Shown here: piece by piece, positions 9,400 to 19,847 of the stretch
Layout of the letters: every line of letters starts with the position of its first letter
Numbering within the stretch: position 1 is the stretch's first letter
Assembly: GCA_035510735.1 (NCBI GenBank)
Contig: DATKGN010000007.1
Location: forward strand, 105 to 64,104
DNA length: 64,000 nt
Origin: Patescibacteria group bacterium
GTDB lineage: Bacteria > Patescibacteriota > Microgenomatia > UBA10105 > UBA927
Reading direction: 5' to 3'
Notes under the pieces: generated by a model
What the model saw: only the letters and a program-made list of their open reading frames with translations
The model's database searches: none
What the model was told of the DNA's origin: nothing
Program-made: the position numbers and the translations under genes

Positions 9400-10380
9400 T
9401 GGTCAGTTGCCGAGTTTTCGAGGCTTACTGCCACATATGGTTTGTATTCAAACCATTGATGGTTCGTAGACGCGACACCGTGACGCGTGGCTGTAAGCCT
9501 CGGGAGAAGGTAAGAATGGAGTGGGATTGTGGCAACTTGGCGAGTGAATTCTTATTCATGAGTTTAGGTGCCGATCAATGGTTTGTATTCAAACCATTAG
9601 TGGCTCTTTTATAAAAACGAGTAACCGGTAATCGGTAACTGGTAATCAGTAAATTGACAATTTACCGATTACGAATTACGGGTTACGGATTACCATAGAT
9701 ATTTTGACCTCGGAAATGAGTCCCGTTACCTGTCCAACGGCAGGTGGACGGTATCGGGATTCTTCCCGGTGTCAAACCGGACTTGGTTTTTGAACATGGC
9801 AGATTGCTGCCAAACTTCGAAGCCCAAGATTTGTTCTTTAACAAACGAGAACGCAGTAATGAGTTGCCAAATCGATTCTATCGAGTTGGCTTACTCAGAA
9901 TTGTCCCGTGCTAATCGCACCGTGAGCCATCTACGAATAGTAGTGAAAAGGCGAACGGCAAGATGCATGGGGCATATTTCGGGTATTTAGAAAAATACCC
10001 ATCATTCTCAATAGTTCTATAGCTCGGAAACGCATTTGGTATGCGCGTACGGCTCGGCAAACTGGGATTATCCAGGAATTTTTGGATGGAGGTTGCGCAT
10101 ACTCTCTCCGGAAATTCCTGGGTAATTTGACCAGTTAATAGTTTAAGCGGATGTACTTTAATGGTTTGAGGGCAACACAATCAAACACATTCACGCGAAT
10201 TAGGATGAATGTATTTGAAGAGTTTCAAAAAGGTGATATTCCGGCGCAATCGCAATGGAAAAGTATTGCCTTTTAAAAGAAACGATGCGGATGCTAAGCT
10301 TATCCCCTTTGTCACTCAACATGCTACAACAAATAGCGTGGACAAAGCTTTTGATAAGCGGACGCCTAAGCAAAGGAAAT
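9400..10380. ncRNA. candidate large structured non-coding RNA or leader (unknown family)
   Basis: about 1 kb without a credible ORF, with many long complementary stems (see findings). Confidence 0.4.
9621..9693. repeat. inverted 7-mer tandem array forming a long hairpin
   Basis: GTAACCG GTAATCG GTAACTG GTAATCA GTAAATTG A CAATTTAC CGATTAC GAATTAC GGGTTAC GGATTAC. Confidence 0.8.
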
Positions 10381-10383
10381 GAA

Positions 10384-12027
10384 ATGGCTATAACAGCCGT
10401 AATGAACATCACCGGTGTGCTCGACAAGCATGTCGGCGAACAATTACTATTGCACGTGACCCCGGTGGGAACCGTTCCGTTTGCCTTTCAATGGGCAAAG
10501 GGTGGCACTCCCATTCCTGGGCTAACCGGCGACACACTGGACATCCCGCACCTAGCATTAGCGGATGCCGCCGATTACACCTGCAATATCAGCGATGCTG
10601 CTGGCGATCATTTAGTTACCCCCTCGGTAACTGTTCATGTGACCGTCATGCCGCTCCCAACGCCCCTCGCGTTGACGATCGCGCCAGTAGCTGGCACGAT
10701 TACAAAAAATGTAGGGGATCCTTTTCAAGTCACTGCTACCGCTACCGGTGGCATTGCCCCCTATGTTTTTGAAGCAAAACGCGGCGCTACAGTCGTTCCA
10801 ATGACTGGTAATGTGCTTTCGATCGCAAATCTGACGGCCGGCGAAGCAGGGCAATACACGGTTTCCGTTAAGGACTCCGCAGTGCCCCCGACGCAAGTTA
10901 CGTCAGCAGTGATTGATCTGCATGTCAATGCCGCGACCGCGACCGCAGCGCGTCCCATACCTTGGTGGGTTTGGGTTCCATTAATCATCGGTGTAGCGAT
11001 CCTATTAGGGATTGCGTTGCAGCCGCTTGGTCAGAAAATGGCCGACCTGGTTGTGCCCGTTTCACCGACTCCGACAGTCGCGCCGACCACGCAGCAGATT
11101 ACTCCAACCCCTGGATTCCACGCGGAACCCGGATTTACTGGAGCTCCAACCGAAGCGCCCACCACCGCAGCAACTCAAGCGCCCACCACCGCAGCGCCCG
11201 CAGCCAATTCTGGCTCGAGCAATGTATCGACGAGTATCGGCGATGGAAAAGCCTTGGCTGAAAGTTTGCTCGGCAAAACGCTGCCTTGGCCGCCTGACAA
11301 ATATGTCGCAGGAAAACCTGGTTTTCCAACCACCTGCGCAGGCCTTTGTTGGGACTTGTCCAAACTCGCACAGGGTATTATGGTGCACTATGGACCAAAC
11401 CTGGGCGAAGAAGACATTACGGAATCTCCGAGCAATTTTGGCGACGGTTCAACCGGCCCGCTCGAGCTTATGACCTCCGGTAAGGTGACGAAAGTCATCT
11501 TCGCCAACGCGGTTGATGCACAATTGGAAATGTGCGCAATCGGCACCCTGGACGGCAAGCCGCTGACCGAGGTGTTAGGTGTCGCTCAAGGCGAGTGCGG
11601 AAAGCGTGTCGCGCTGCCCGCTGGATGGCATGTTATTGAAGATAATGCCAACTCGCCAGTCGCAGGATTCGGCGTGCGCTTCACGGCAACAGCCTGGGCC
11701 AGCATGTCCGAGGACCAAATTGTGAAGTACAACAGCTATTGGTCCGTTTCCGGCGATACCGCAACTTGGAAAGGCCCTGACGGCGTCGAGATTCTTATGC
11801 CACCCGCTTTGGTGAGCATGATGCAGGATTTTGGAACCCTAAAGAAGGTGGTCTTTACGACATCAACTGAAGGTCAAATCCTTTTCTGCAACGGATCAGT
11901 TAGTGGTCCGGCGAATTTCGATTCAAAAGACGGCGCATGCCATCAGTACACGGTTCCCGCTGGAACCTACACGTACTCTGGTGAACAGCGTCTGTCCGCT
12001 GGCATCTCTTGGGAACCTGCCAAGTAA
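10384..12027 (+). CDS. membrane protein with two N-terminal Ig-like domains, one TM helix, Pro/Thr/Ala linker and Cys-containing C-terminal domain
   Basis: FQWAKGGTPIPG...LDIPHLALADAADYTC and LSIANLTAGEAGQYTV Ig motifs; AAGGA before ATG 10384; TM WWVWVPLIIGVAILLGIAL. Confidence 0.75.
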   Translation: MAITAVMNITGVLDKHVGEQLLLHVTPVGTVPFAFQWAKGGTPIPGLTGDTLDIPHLALADAADYTCNISDAAGDHLVTPSVTVHVTVMPLPTPLALTIAPVAGTITKNVGDPFQVTATATGGIAPYVFEAKRGATVVPMTGNVLSIANLTAGEAGQYTVSVKDSAVPPTQVTSAVIDLHVNAATATAARPIPWWVWVPLIIGVAILLGIALQPLGQKMADLVVPVSPTPTVAPTTQQITPTPGFHAEPGFTGAPTEAPTTAATQAPTTAAPAANSGSSNVSTSIGDGKALAESLLGKTLPWPPDKYVAGKPGFPTTCAGLCWDLSKLAQGIMVHYGPNLGEEDITESPSNFGDGSTGPLELMTSGKVTKVIFANAVDAQLEMCAIGTLDGKPLTEVLGVAQGECGKRVALPAGWHVIEDNANSPVAGFGVRFTATAWASMSEDQIVKYNSYWSVSGDTATWKGPDGVEILMPPALVSMMQDFGTLKKVVFTTSTEGQILFCNGSVSGPANFDSKDGACHQYTVPAGTYTYSGEQRLSAGISWEPAK

Positions 12028-12324
12028 CCATGTCCACCACCCACCTAGGGAGGTGAGCATGAAGAACTCAAAGAGGAGTCCACCACATCTGCCCTTTTGG
12101 GTGGACTCCTCTCGAGTTAGGGATTGGTGCCAGCGCAATAGGCAACCAAGTCGCCAGAGAATGACGACGAAATCAATTTATTGCGAACACGGAGAGTGAG
12201 ATTGATGGCCACTAGGCTGTCTGCAGTTTAGACTGGCAATCTTTTTTGCCTCTCCAAATTGTTTATCTCGCTGCGTTCTCGTGTTCTTCGAGCGCTGAAT
12301 TTCGATTCAACGCTGGAAGTTAAC

Positions 12325-13263
12325 ATGAAAAGTAAACACATACATAGGAAGCCTTTGGTTTCCGTCATCATGCCTGTATATAATGCGGGGAAGTTTCTGG
12401 CGCCTGCAATTGAAAGCATTATCAGGCAAACATACGAGCATATAGAACTCATCATCGTCGATGATGCCTCGACCGATGACTCATGGGAAATAGTCAAGGC
12501 CTATCGGAGGCGATATCCGAAGCTCATCCGCGTCTACAGGGTTCACAAGCAAACAAACTCCGCAGGGAACGGAGCCACGAACTTAGGGCTTACCAAAGCA
12601 CGCGGACAATTCATTGCCCGTATGGATGCCGATGACCTGTCCTATCCGGAGCGGATAGAAAAACAGGTCGCATACATGACCGCTCACCCGGTAACCATCG
12701 TATTGGGAACTCAGGCTAAAGTTATTGACAAACACGACAAAATAATCGGCGTTAAGAATATGCCGACAACCCATGATGCCATATACGAACAATTCGGCAT
12801 TCTCCACCCGCTCATTCACCCGTCGGTAATGATCAGGAGATCATTATTACCGTATGCGGATAAGATCTATGCCATGAAATGGGATGTAAACGATGACTAC
12901 TATACATTTTTCCGGCTCCTGAACTATGGCGCATTCGCAAACCTACCGGAATATCTTTTAAAATACCGTATCCACGGTAACAATTTGTCATTAAACAATC
13001 CGAAAGAAAAATTCATGAATTCCATAAAAATACGCTTAGACGCGATGCGGCAGGGATATCATATGTCCTTATCCAGCATGCTTATCATGTTTGTCCAATT
13101 TGCTATGTTATCCATAACGCCGTCAGGGCTCATCGTGCCGGTCTACATGTTCGTACGGGGAATGAATCAAAAACCTGAAAAATCATTTCTATCGTGGCTC
13201 AAGAAGCTTCCGGTACCGGCACGCATCGTAAGTATCGCGAAAAAATACTATACTTATACGTGA
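12325..13263 (+). CDS. glycosyltransferase family 2
   Basis: PLVSVIMPVYNA, IIVDDASTD, ARMDADD. Confidence 0.92.
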   Translation: MKSKHIHRKPLVSVIMPVYNAGKFLAPAIESIIRQTYEHIELIIVDDASTDDSWEIVKAYRRRYPKLIRVYRVHKQTNSAGNGATNLGLTKARGQFIARMDADDLSYPERIEKQVAYMTAHPVTIVLGTQAKVIDKHDKIIGVKNMPTTHDAIYEQFGILHPLIHPSVMIRRSLLPYADKIYAMKWDVNDDYYTFFRLLNYGAFANLPEYLLKYRIHGNNLSLNNPKEKFMNSIKIRLDAMRQGYHMSLSSMLIMFVQFAMLSITPSGLIVPVYMFVRGMNQKPEKSFLSWLKKLPVPARIVSIAKKYYTYT

Positions 13264-13285
13264 AAGCAAATACCCGCTTTCAGGT

Positions 13286-16200
13286 ATGAAAATCATCTTC
13301 AAAACACTTGGTAAGTACTGGCCCATCCTGGCACTTCTTGTTATTGAGGTTATTTTGTTCTCAGCCAACTACACCCCGCACACGTTTGTTGTGGGTTGGG
13401 ACAATATGTATCCGGAGCTTAACTTCGGACTTAATCTTAAACGCGCGTTTTTCGGAATCTGGCAGGAGTATCGCGGATTAGGCCTGGAAGACGGACTATC
13501 CCACATAGCAGAGTTACCCCACTACCTATTTCTTTGGCTCCTCTCACTCGCCATCCCGCAGAACTTATTACGGTATACCTTTATATTTCTCATGCACTTC
13601 GTTGGCGGCGTTGGCATGTATTGGTTACTGAAAAACCATATCTTCGCGAAACATCATTCGATCGCAATTCAGCCAATTGCCCTCGCAGGAGCATTGTTTT
13701 ACCAATTTAACTTCGCAACCATTCAGATGTTTTACCTCCCATTTGAAGTGTTTATGGTTCATTTCGCCGCATTACCGTGGCTAATATATGCTGCGCTCCG
13801 ATATCTTGATGCAGGAGCCAAAAAATATCTTTGGCTTTTTGCTATTTTTTCACTTATATCTACCCCTCAAGCTCATGTGCCAACGGTTTTTCTTGTTTAC
13901 GCGATGACTCTAGGGATTATTCTGATAACTCATATGCTTACTTTTCGAAGTCGAATCGCCGTTCAGAGAAGCCTCATCATTATTTTCATCACGTTTATGG
14001 TAAACGCGTTTTGGGGGCTGCCTTTTACTCATACAACAATCACCCATGCCAGCGATATCGCCAATTCTAAGAACAATCAAATGGCTACCGATGATATATA
14101 TCTTAAGAACCAAAAGTATGGAGATCTTATGGATACTGCACTCATGCGGAGTTTTAGCCTTGACTACGTTCAATATGACTACACCACACACTCTCAGAAT
14201 AATATGTTTACCGCCTGGAAAACCCATATAGATAAACCAACCATATCGATAATCTCCGGGGTATTTTTTGCGCTAGCGGTTGTGGGTGTTGCACTTATTC
14301 TCATCCGCCAAAAAAAAGAAGGCTACCCGTTCGTTCTTCTTTTTGTATTCGCATTCCTTGTAATCGGAAATAACATCCCGATACTTTCCCGTTTCTCCGA
14401 AACTCTACAAACGATTATCCCTCTTTTTCACAATGTATTTCGTTTCGTATTCACAAAATTTTTTACTCTTTACGCATTTTCGTATGCGATACTAATTGCC
14501 TATACTCTCTATGAAATAGTTCACAGCACGAGCCACGCAATAAAAAGAGACACAATTATCATTGTATCGTTTTTTGTCGTAATTCTGACGATTTATACGT
14601 TACCGTCGTTTCAGGGAAACTTCTTTTTCAAAAATCTCCGCGTGGCAATACCACAGGAATACTTTGAAACATTCAATTTTTTATCTCAACAAAATCCGTC
14701 AGAACGGGTACTTGTGCTTCCTGCTCCATGGTTTTGGGCGTGGACACAATATAACTGGGATGTCATCGGATCAGGTTTCGAGTGGTTCGGTATCCCCCAA
14801 CCAATCGTCGATCGTGCATTTGACCCCTGGAGCCGAACGGATGAAAACCTTTATTGGGAGCTTTCGCAGGCCATATTCACCAAAAATCCGTCCCGCTTTG
14901 AAGAAATATTGAAGAAATATAACATCACGTGGGTACTCTACGATAAAAATATCATAAACGGCGACTATGAAAGATCTCTTTATAGCGATGTTATTACACA
15001 ATCCCTTGAGTCACTCAAACAAATATCTCCTCCTCAAACCTTCGGTAATATTTCTCTTTACAATTATCAAACGGATAACCCGGATAAAACATCCATCACC
15101 TCGTACGATGGGCTTCCGAATATCGGACCGCAGTATGCGTGGAACGATTATGATGCTCCCCTCCGGGACGTTTCGATATACAAAACTGACACACATACGC
15201 CGTACGATATATATTACCCATTCCGATCGTTATTTACCGGAAGATCACAAAAAGAACTGACATTCACAATTGAAGATCAGCAAAACGACTATAGAATAAA
15301 CACATTGGTACAAGGTATTTCGTCGGGGCAACAACTGGTCACACCCGCATTTGACCCTCAAATATTAACTGATATCGATTCAAAAACAGGAAAACTTATT
15401 GCGCCGCCGGAACCACTAGCGGTACTCCTCAATTCTGAAATAATTGCTACCATAGGGGCCAAACCTGAAATAACGGAATTAAACACCACCTCTCCAAGCA
15501 TACTGACCTTGCAGATACCCAAGATCAAAAATTATCAATACTACGACAGCGATCTCACGAGCGATTTCTCACAAACACCCAAAAGCTGTGACGGATATAA
15601 TACCGGTGTGTTTTCCAGACACTCCGGAGTGGATAATCAGCAGAAGTATCTTCGATTTACAAGTGTCGGATCAAGCAATTGTATTTCGTTCGGCCTATCC
15701 TCCTTTTCCCAAAAAGAAGGGTATCTCGTTCAAGTAAATACAAGACATATTGAAGGGAAATATCTGTCTATTTCAATTGTCAACAATGATACCCGACGGG
15801 CGTTCTTAGAAACGCAGATTGATACACCAGCAGATTCATCAGCTTTTGTACCTTCCTACTTCGTCATCCCGCCTATGGATCCGTACGGATTAGGTTATAC
15901 CATAACAATTGATAATGTCGCGATCGGGAGTCAAAAAACAATTAATGATTTAGCGCGCGTTTCGGTATATCAGTTGTCGTACGCCATACTTTCTGACTTG
16001 AAAATTCAACAATCTAATACTGTCTCTACTTCTTCTGCAAGCACTTCTGAATTGTCCGTCTCTCATCCAAATCCCGCGTACTATAAAGTAGTAATCGGTA
16101 ATAATGGATCCCCGATCAGGTCGGGGATGACAAATACACTCATCCTTTCCCAATCCTTTGATAACGGGTGGAAAGCCTACAGTATCAATAATCCAATAAT

Positions 16201-16504
16201 CCAATATACAAATAATCCAATAATCAAATGGATTGGAGAATCGCTGCCATTCGTATTTGGCACGGAATTTACAAATCACGTCCTCGTCAATAATTGGGAA
16301 AATGGATGGGAGCTGCCTGAGGCAGAAGTTCATGGTTCAAAGTTCATAGTTCAGGGCAACACGAATCAACCATCAACCATGAACAATGAACCAATAACCA
16401 TTATTCTCTTTTTCTGGCCGCAGCTATTGGAGTATTTGGGATTTCTCCTTCTCCCTATTCCATTCATCTATGTATGGAGATTGAAGTACGTCGAAAAACA
16501 CTAA
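13286..16504 (+). CDS. large polytopic membrane protein, GT-C/YfhO-like glycosyltransferase
   Basis: many N-terminal TM helices, GWDN, extracellular domain, LSQSFDNGW..HVLVNNWENGW..FWPQ C-terminus; adjacent to GT2. Confidence 0.7.
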   Translation: MKIIFKTLGKYWPILALLVIEVILFSANYTPHTFVVGWDNMYPELNFGLNLKRAFFGIWQEYRGLGLEDGLSHIAELPHYLFLWLLSLAIPQNLLRYTFIFLMHFVGGVGMYWLLKNHIFAKHHSIAIQPIALAGALFYQFNFATIQMFYLPFEVFMVHFAALPWLIYAALRYLDAGAKKYLWLFAIFSLISTPQAHVPTVFLVYAMTLGIILITHMLTFRSRIAVQRSLIIIFITFMVNAFWGLPFTHTTITHASDIANSKNNQMATDDIYLKNQKYGDLMDTALMRSFSLDYVQYDYTTHSQNNMFTAWKTHIDKPTISIISGVFFALAVVGVALILIRQKKEGYPFVLLFVFAFLVIGNNIPILSRFSETLQTIIPLFHNVFRFVFTKFFTLYAFSYAILIAYTLYEIVHSTSHAIKRDTIIIVSFFVVILTIYTLPSFQGNFFFKNLRVAIPQEYFETFNFLSQQNPSERVLVLPAPWFWAWTQYNWDVIGSGFEWFGIPQPIVDRAFDPWSRTDENLYWELSQAIFTKNPSRFEEILKKYNITWVLYDKNIINGDYERSLYSDVITQSLESLKQISPPQTFGNISLYNYQTDNPDKTSITSYDGLPNIGPQYAWNDYDAPLRDVSIYKTDTHTPYDIYYPFRSLFTGRSQKELTFTIEDQQNDYRINTLVQGISSGQQLVTPAFDPQILTDIDSKTGKLIAPPEPLAVLLNSEIIATIGAKPEITELNTTSPSILTLQIPKIKNYQYYDSDLTSDFSQTPKSCDGYNTGVFSRHSGVDNQQKYLRFTSVGSSNCISFGLSSFSQKEGYLVQVNTRHIEGKYLSISIVNNDTRRAFLETQIDTPADSSAFVPSYFVIPPMDPYGLGYTITIDNVAIGSQKTINDLARVSVYQLSYAILSDLKIQQSNTVSTSSASTSELSVSHPNPAYYKVVIGNNGSPIRSGMTNTLILSQSFDNGWKAYSINNPIIQYTNNPIIKWIGESLPFVFGTEFTNHVLVNNWENGWELPEAEVHGSKFIVQGNTNQPSTMNNEPITIILFFWPQLLEYLGFLLLPIPFIYVWRLKYVEKH

Positions 16505-16533
16505 TTCAATTGTTCTATTGTTAGATCGCTAAA

Positions 16534-16615
16534 TTGTTACTTGGTTACTTGGTTACTTTGTTAATTGGTTACTTGGTTACTTGGTTACTTTGTTACTTGG
16601 TTACTTTGTTAATTG
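16534..16615. repeat. tandem 8/9-mer repeat (GTTACTTG)n
   Basis: about 10 near-identical units between convergent genes. Confidence 0.85.
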
Positions 16616-16634
16616 CCGTTTCTTGTCCTGGGTA

Positions 16635-18167
16635 TCAACGCGCGCCTGTGCCGGGGAACATCAGACTCGCTCTTAATCGCTCTTGGGGCGTCAGAGGTAT
16701 CACTTCATCTCCTATTTCGCTTTGCCATTTCTTAAAAAATGCCCAAACTTTCGATTTCAGGGGTTCTCGGGCAAGCTCACCTGAATCTATCCATTTGCTC
16801 ACAGCAGCATGAAAGCCTTTAATGATATTTTCGTGAAACTCCATACCCATTTCCGAAAATCCCTGCTCACAGACGGCAAGGGCCAAATCAGGCGATACAA
16901 CCTGCGGGAGGTGACTATAGAGATAAATCCGGACATCTGCATGATCATCGGTACGCCGTCTCTCTATGAGGTTTCGTAAACGCGTTCGCAGTGGAGACAT
17001 CGTATGCTTATCTCCCTCTATCTGACCGGCTGACACCAATGCATACTGCCGGACTTCATATGAAGGATCATCCGTCAATTTGTTCACATCGTTGTATAAA
17101 CCAATATTTCTTTGCTTTTTCGGAAGAAATGCCATGATCTTTGCTGCGACAATTCGCTCCTCTTCCTGACCCACCGCAAGCTCATGAAACTGATTAATTA
17201 CCTCGTTGGAATATTCTTGTGCGAAATTATGCAAGTACTCAACAACCGTTGATCGCACATCCTCTTCTTCCACATCAAGAAGCCTCGTAAGCCCGCTCAC
17301 AGCTTCCCGACGATCTAACTCCATATAATATTCAATGACATTAAATAATGCGTTATGTCTTCGCGCGTCGTGCGGTTGTATTTCATACTTCAAGAGATTG
17401 TCAATCAGAACTCCCACGGCATTAAATCCCGCCTGATGGAAGGCTTGTGGGTCATCGATGTTGCCGTAGACAGCGTAGTTGTCTTGAGGGTTATTCCAAA
17501 GATTGGAAAGCCAACCTATGAGGTCGGGTTGCACGTTTTCAGGTAAATTCCCCAACTGAGGATTATATTTCAAGGCGTTTAACGTCAAAATATCCGACAA
17601 TAATGCGGTACTATATTGCCCTCTTATCCCCGGGTCTTTGATAATTGATGTCAACCCGTGCGTTGCTAACTTCCACATGGCAAATTGATCCCCCATTACC
17701 CCCTCACGGGTGGCAACTATGGCCTTTGCTAAACCGGGAAATGCCATCCCTTCATGTTCAAGTTGTGAACCCCGTATTTTTTCGCGCATATCGACAAAAT
17801 GATACCCGTTTTGCTTGGGCCAAACCATAGCCCATGCAAATACTTGTCCGATCCGATCCTCTGTTTCGAGACTCGGTCGACCGGAAATCTTATAAAACGG
17901 ATCATGATCATAGGCTTTTTTTGCTCCCCAAACCATCTCATGATATAGGCCCGTGAACCTATCCGACGCACCATCTCTCCCAAGTGTTTTATCTTCAATA
18001 TATCCAATAGGCCCATTATTGGCTAAAAACCAATCTACCGCGCGTTCCCAAATCGGCATAAATTTAAAGTCAGGAGGATTAAGCCACTTTTCCATCATGA
18101 CGGGATCATCCAAATTAATAAATTTTCCGACGACATCAAGTGAGGGTTGATCTGGATTTGTTGGCAT
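16635..18167 (-). CDS. orphan HEAT/ARM-like repeat protein, paralogue 1
   Basis: 510 aa; DVEEEDVR, DDPSYEVRQYA, DDHADVR HEAT-like units; own TTGACA promoter. Confidence 0.7.
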   Translation of the reverse strand: MPTNPDQPSLDVVGKFINLDDPVMMEKWLNPPDFKFMPIWERAVDWFLANNGPIGYIEDKTLGRDGASDRFTGLYHEMVWGAKKAYDHDPFYKISGRPSLETEDRIGQVFAWAMVWPKQNGYHFVDMREKIRGSQLEHEGMAFPGLAKAIVATREGVMGDQFAMWKLATHGLTSIIKDPGIRGQYSTALLSDILTLNALKYNPQLGNLPENVQPDLIGWLSNLWNNPQDNYAVYGNIDDPQAFHQAGFNAVGVLIDNLLKYEIQPHDARRHNALFNVIEYYMELDRREAVSGLTRLLDVEEEDVRSTVVEYLHNFAQEYSNEVINQFHELAVGQEEERIVAAKIMAFLPKKQRNIGLYNDVNKLTDDPSYEVRQYALVSAGQIEGDKHTMSPLRTRLRNLIERRRTDDHADVRIYLYSHLPQVVSPDLALAVCEQGFSEMGMEFHENIIKGFHAAVSKWIDSGELAREPLKSKVWAFFKKWQSEIGDEVIPLTPQERLRASLMFPGTGAR

Positions 18168-18221
18168 AACGGTAATTATGGGTAGGAGTTAGGCAGATTA
18201 TTGTATAGTGTCGTATATTTG

Positions 18222-19718
18222 TCAAGAAAAAATATTGTTATTCGTGAGCAAGTCTATAAGGGGACGAGCACTCTTTAGATTTCCTGTTGTTACCTCACTA
18301 GCTAGAAATTCCCTGACCCGCTGCGTCAGATCTGCATCAAGAATCTTCGTCTCATATTTCCATCCTCTAACCGTTGCCGCAAATGCGCTCCATATTCTCT
18401 TCCGTTGATTCTCCGTCGCAACATCCTGAAGCCCCCGGCTCACAAGACGAAAGGCAAATTCCGGTGTGACCTGAGACTGAAGCGATTCATACAACTCGCT
18501 TACTTCCGGGTGATCGAATAAATTATCCAAGATACCGTCACGAATTCTTGCTGCAAGACCTTTATCAACATTTGGATCTCGCTCGACGAAGGCTACTGAG
18601 GCAAAAGCGCTCGCCCGGACCGAGAGTGACTGATCAAACGCCAATTGATCGAATAGCTCACCCAACAACTCTTCGCCGTGTATTTCCGGCAGAAACCGGA
18701 TTAATCGGGCCGCTATTTTGCGCCCTTCTACATCTGGTGATCCTTTATGTTTAGCAATGTGATCCACGAGAATACCAGGATTACGGTGAAGTATTCGGGA
18801 AATTGTCATATGAGCCTTGCCGCGCGGGAGATTTTCAGGCAAATCCATATATTGCGAAAGTATGTCTAACGAATCGGAATCATCAATTCGCGAGACATAT
18901 TCGTTCACTGCCAATAACGCGCTTACCCTTCGTCCGGAATGAGGCGATATATCCCTAGGACAACCTATCAATGTGCGGACAAAATCGCCCACAGCACGCG
19001 TTGCAGTTTCCCGCTCAACCGGAGAGAATTTTCGATCGTTAAATAAATCTAGCCACATGAGTAATTCCGGCTGGGACGCGACCGGCGGATCCTGAATTCC
19101 GGTATCATGACTGTTAAGAAGAACATTGTATGTAAGAATATCCCTAAGGAGGCTGACGCCCACCTCTTTGGCTTTTTCTTCTGATACGATCGACTTGACG
19201 CCCTCAACGGCTAAATCCCATAGATAGAACTGATCCAGCTCCCGCTCCATTCTTGCCTGAACGATTGCAATTGCCACCCCGGGGTGTTTGATGCCGATAT
19301 TCTGAAGATCGGAATCTTCATCCCTCATAGTCGAGTCTATTTGTTGAAGGTCAGGATATTGAGGCCAAACAACCGCCCAGCCCAAGGCTTTTTTAATCCG
19401 GTCAAGGACCTGTGATTTCCGCGGATTATCATCATGAAGTTTATACGCGAAGTTGTACGCTCCGACTGCCCCGTCAATTAATGCACTATACAGCTCCCGG
19501 GATTCTATTCCGTAATCCCGTTTAAGAGAAGACGTCTCAACATACGTCACCGGGCCGTCTTTGCCTGATAATAAATGGTCAACCGCATTCCCCCACATGT
19601 CTACTGTAAGCGGGTGAAAATGAAGGGCTGCCTCCAGATTATTGGGGTTTGAAAATAGCCGATCCGCAACTTTATGAGCAAATCCTTTGTGTTCGGTTTC
19701 TACTGGCGCCAATGTCAT
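18222..19718 (-). CDS. orphan HEAT-like repeat protein, paralogue 2
   Basis: 498 aa; shares W..AVD..L...GP..YxE, WA(M/V)VWP and QF..W.LA with 16635-18167. Confidence 0.7.
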   Translation of the reverse strand: MTLAPVETEHKGFAHKVADRLFSNPNNLEAALHFHPLTVDMWGNAVDHLLSGKDGPVTYVETSSLKRDYGIESRELYSALIDGAVGAYNFAYKLHDDNPRKSQVLDRIKKALGWAVVWPQYPDLQQIDSTMRDEDSDLQNIGIKHPGVAIAIVQARMERELDQFYLWDLAVEGVKSIVSEEKAKEVGVSLLRDILTYNVLLNSHDTGIQDPPVASQPELLMWLDLFNDRKFSPVERETATRAVGDFVRTLIGCPRDISPHSGRRVSALLAVNEYVSRIDDSDSLDILSQYMDLPENLPRGKAHMTISRILHRNPGILVDHIAKHKGSPDVEGRKIAARLIRFLPEIHGEELLGELFDQLAFDQSLSVRASAFASVAFVERDPNVDKGLAARIRDGILDNLFDHPEVSELYESLQSQVTPEFAFRLVSRGLQDVATENQRKRIWSAFAATVRGWKYETKILDADLTQRVREFLASEVTTGNLKSARPLIDLLTNNNIFS

Positions 19719-19847
19719 GTGTTTTTATGAGGCAGAGGAAAACTTGTGTGAAGTATCCTACACTTGGCTTTGATTGTCAATATAATGCCAAACCAGGTCA
19801 CCTACGAGGCCTAGGTCACCTAAAATATGGCATGATAGAATACAGTC

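Noticed and set aside
9437-9598. Possible mini-CRISPR from two palindromic repeats
   Set aside because: Only two 21-bp copies with a 120-bp gap, and no cas genes.
9363-10427. Short ORFs in the structured intergenic region, including the 10255 N-terminal extension
   Set aside because: No protein-like features; they overlap hairpins; the RBS supports the start at 10384.
16534-16812. 92-aa ORF with LVT repeats
   Set aside because: Translation of the GTTACTTG tandem repeat, overlapping a longer gene on the other strand.
19796-19821. AGGTCACCTA direct repeat
   Set aside because: Only 10 bp twice; may be an operator but is too short to support a call.
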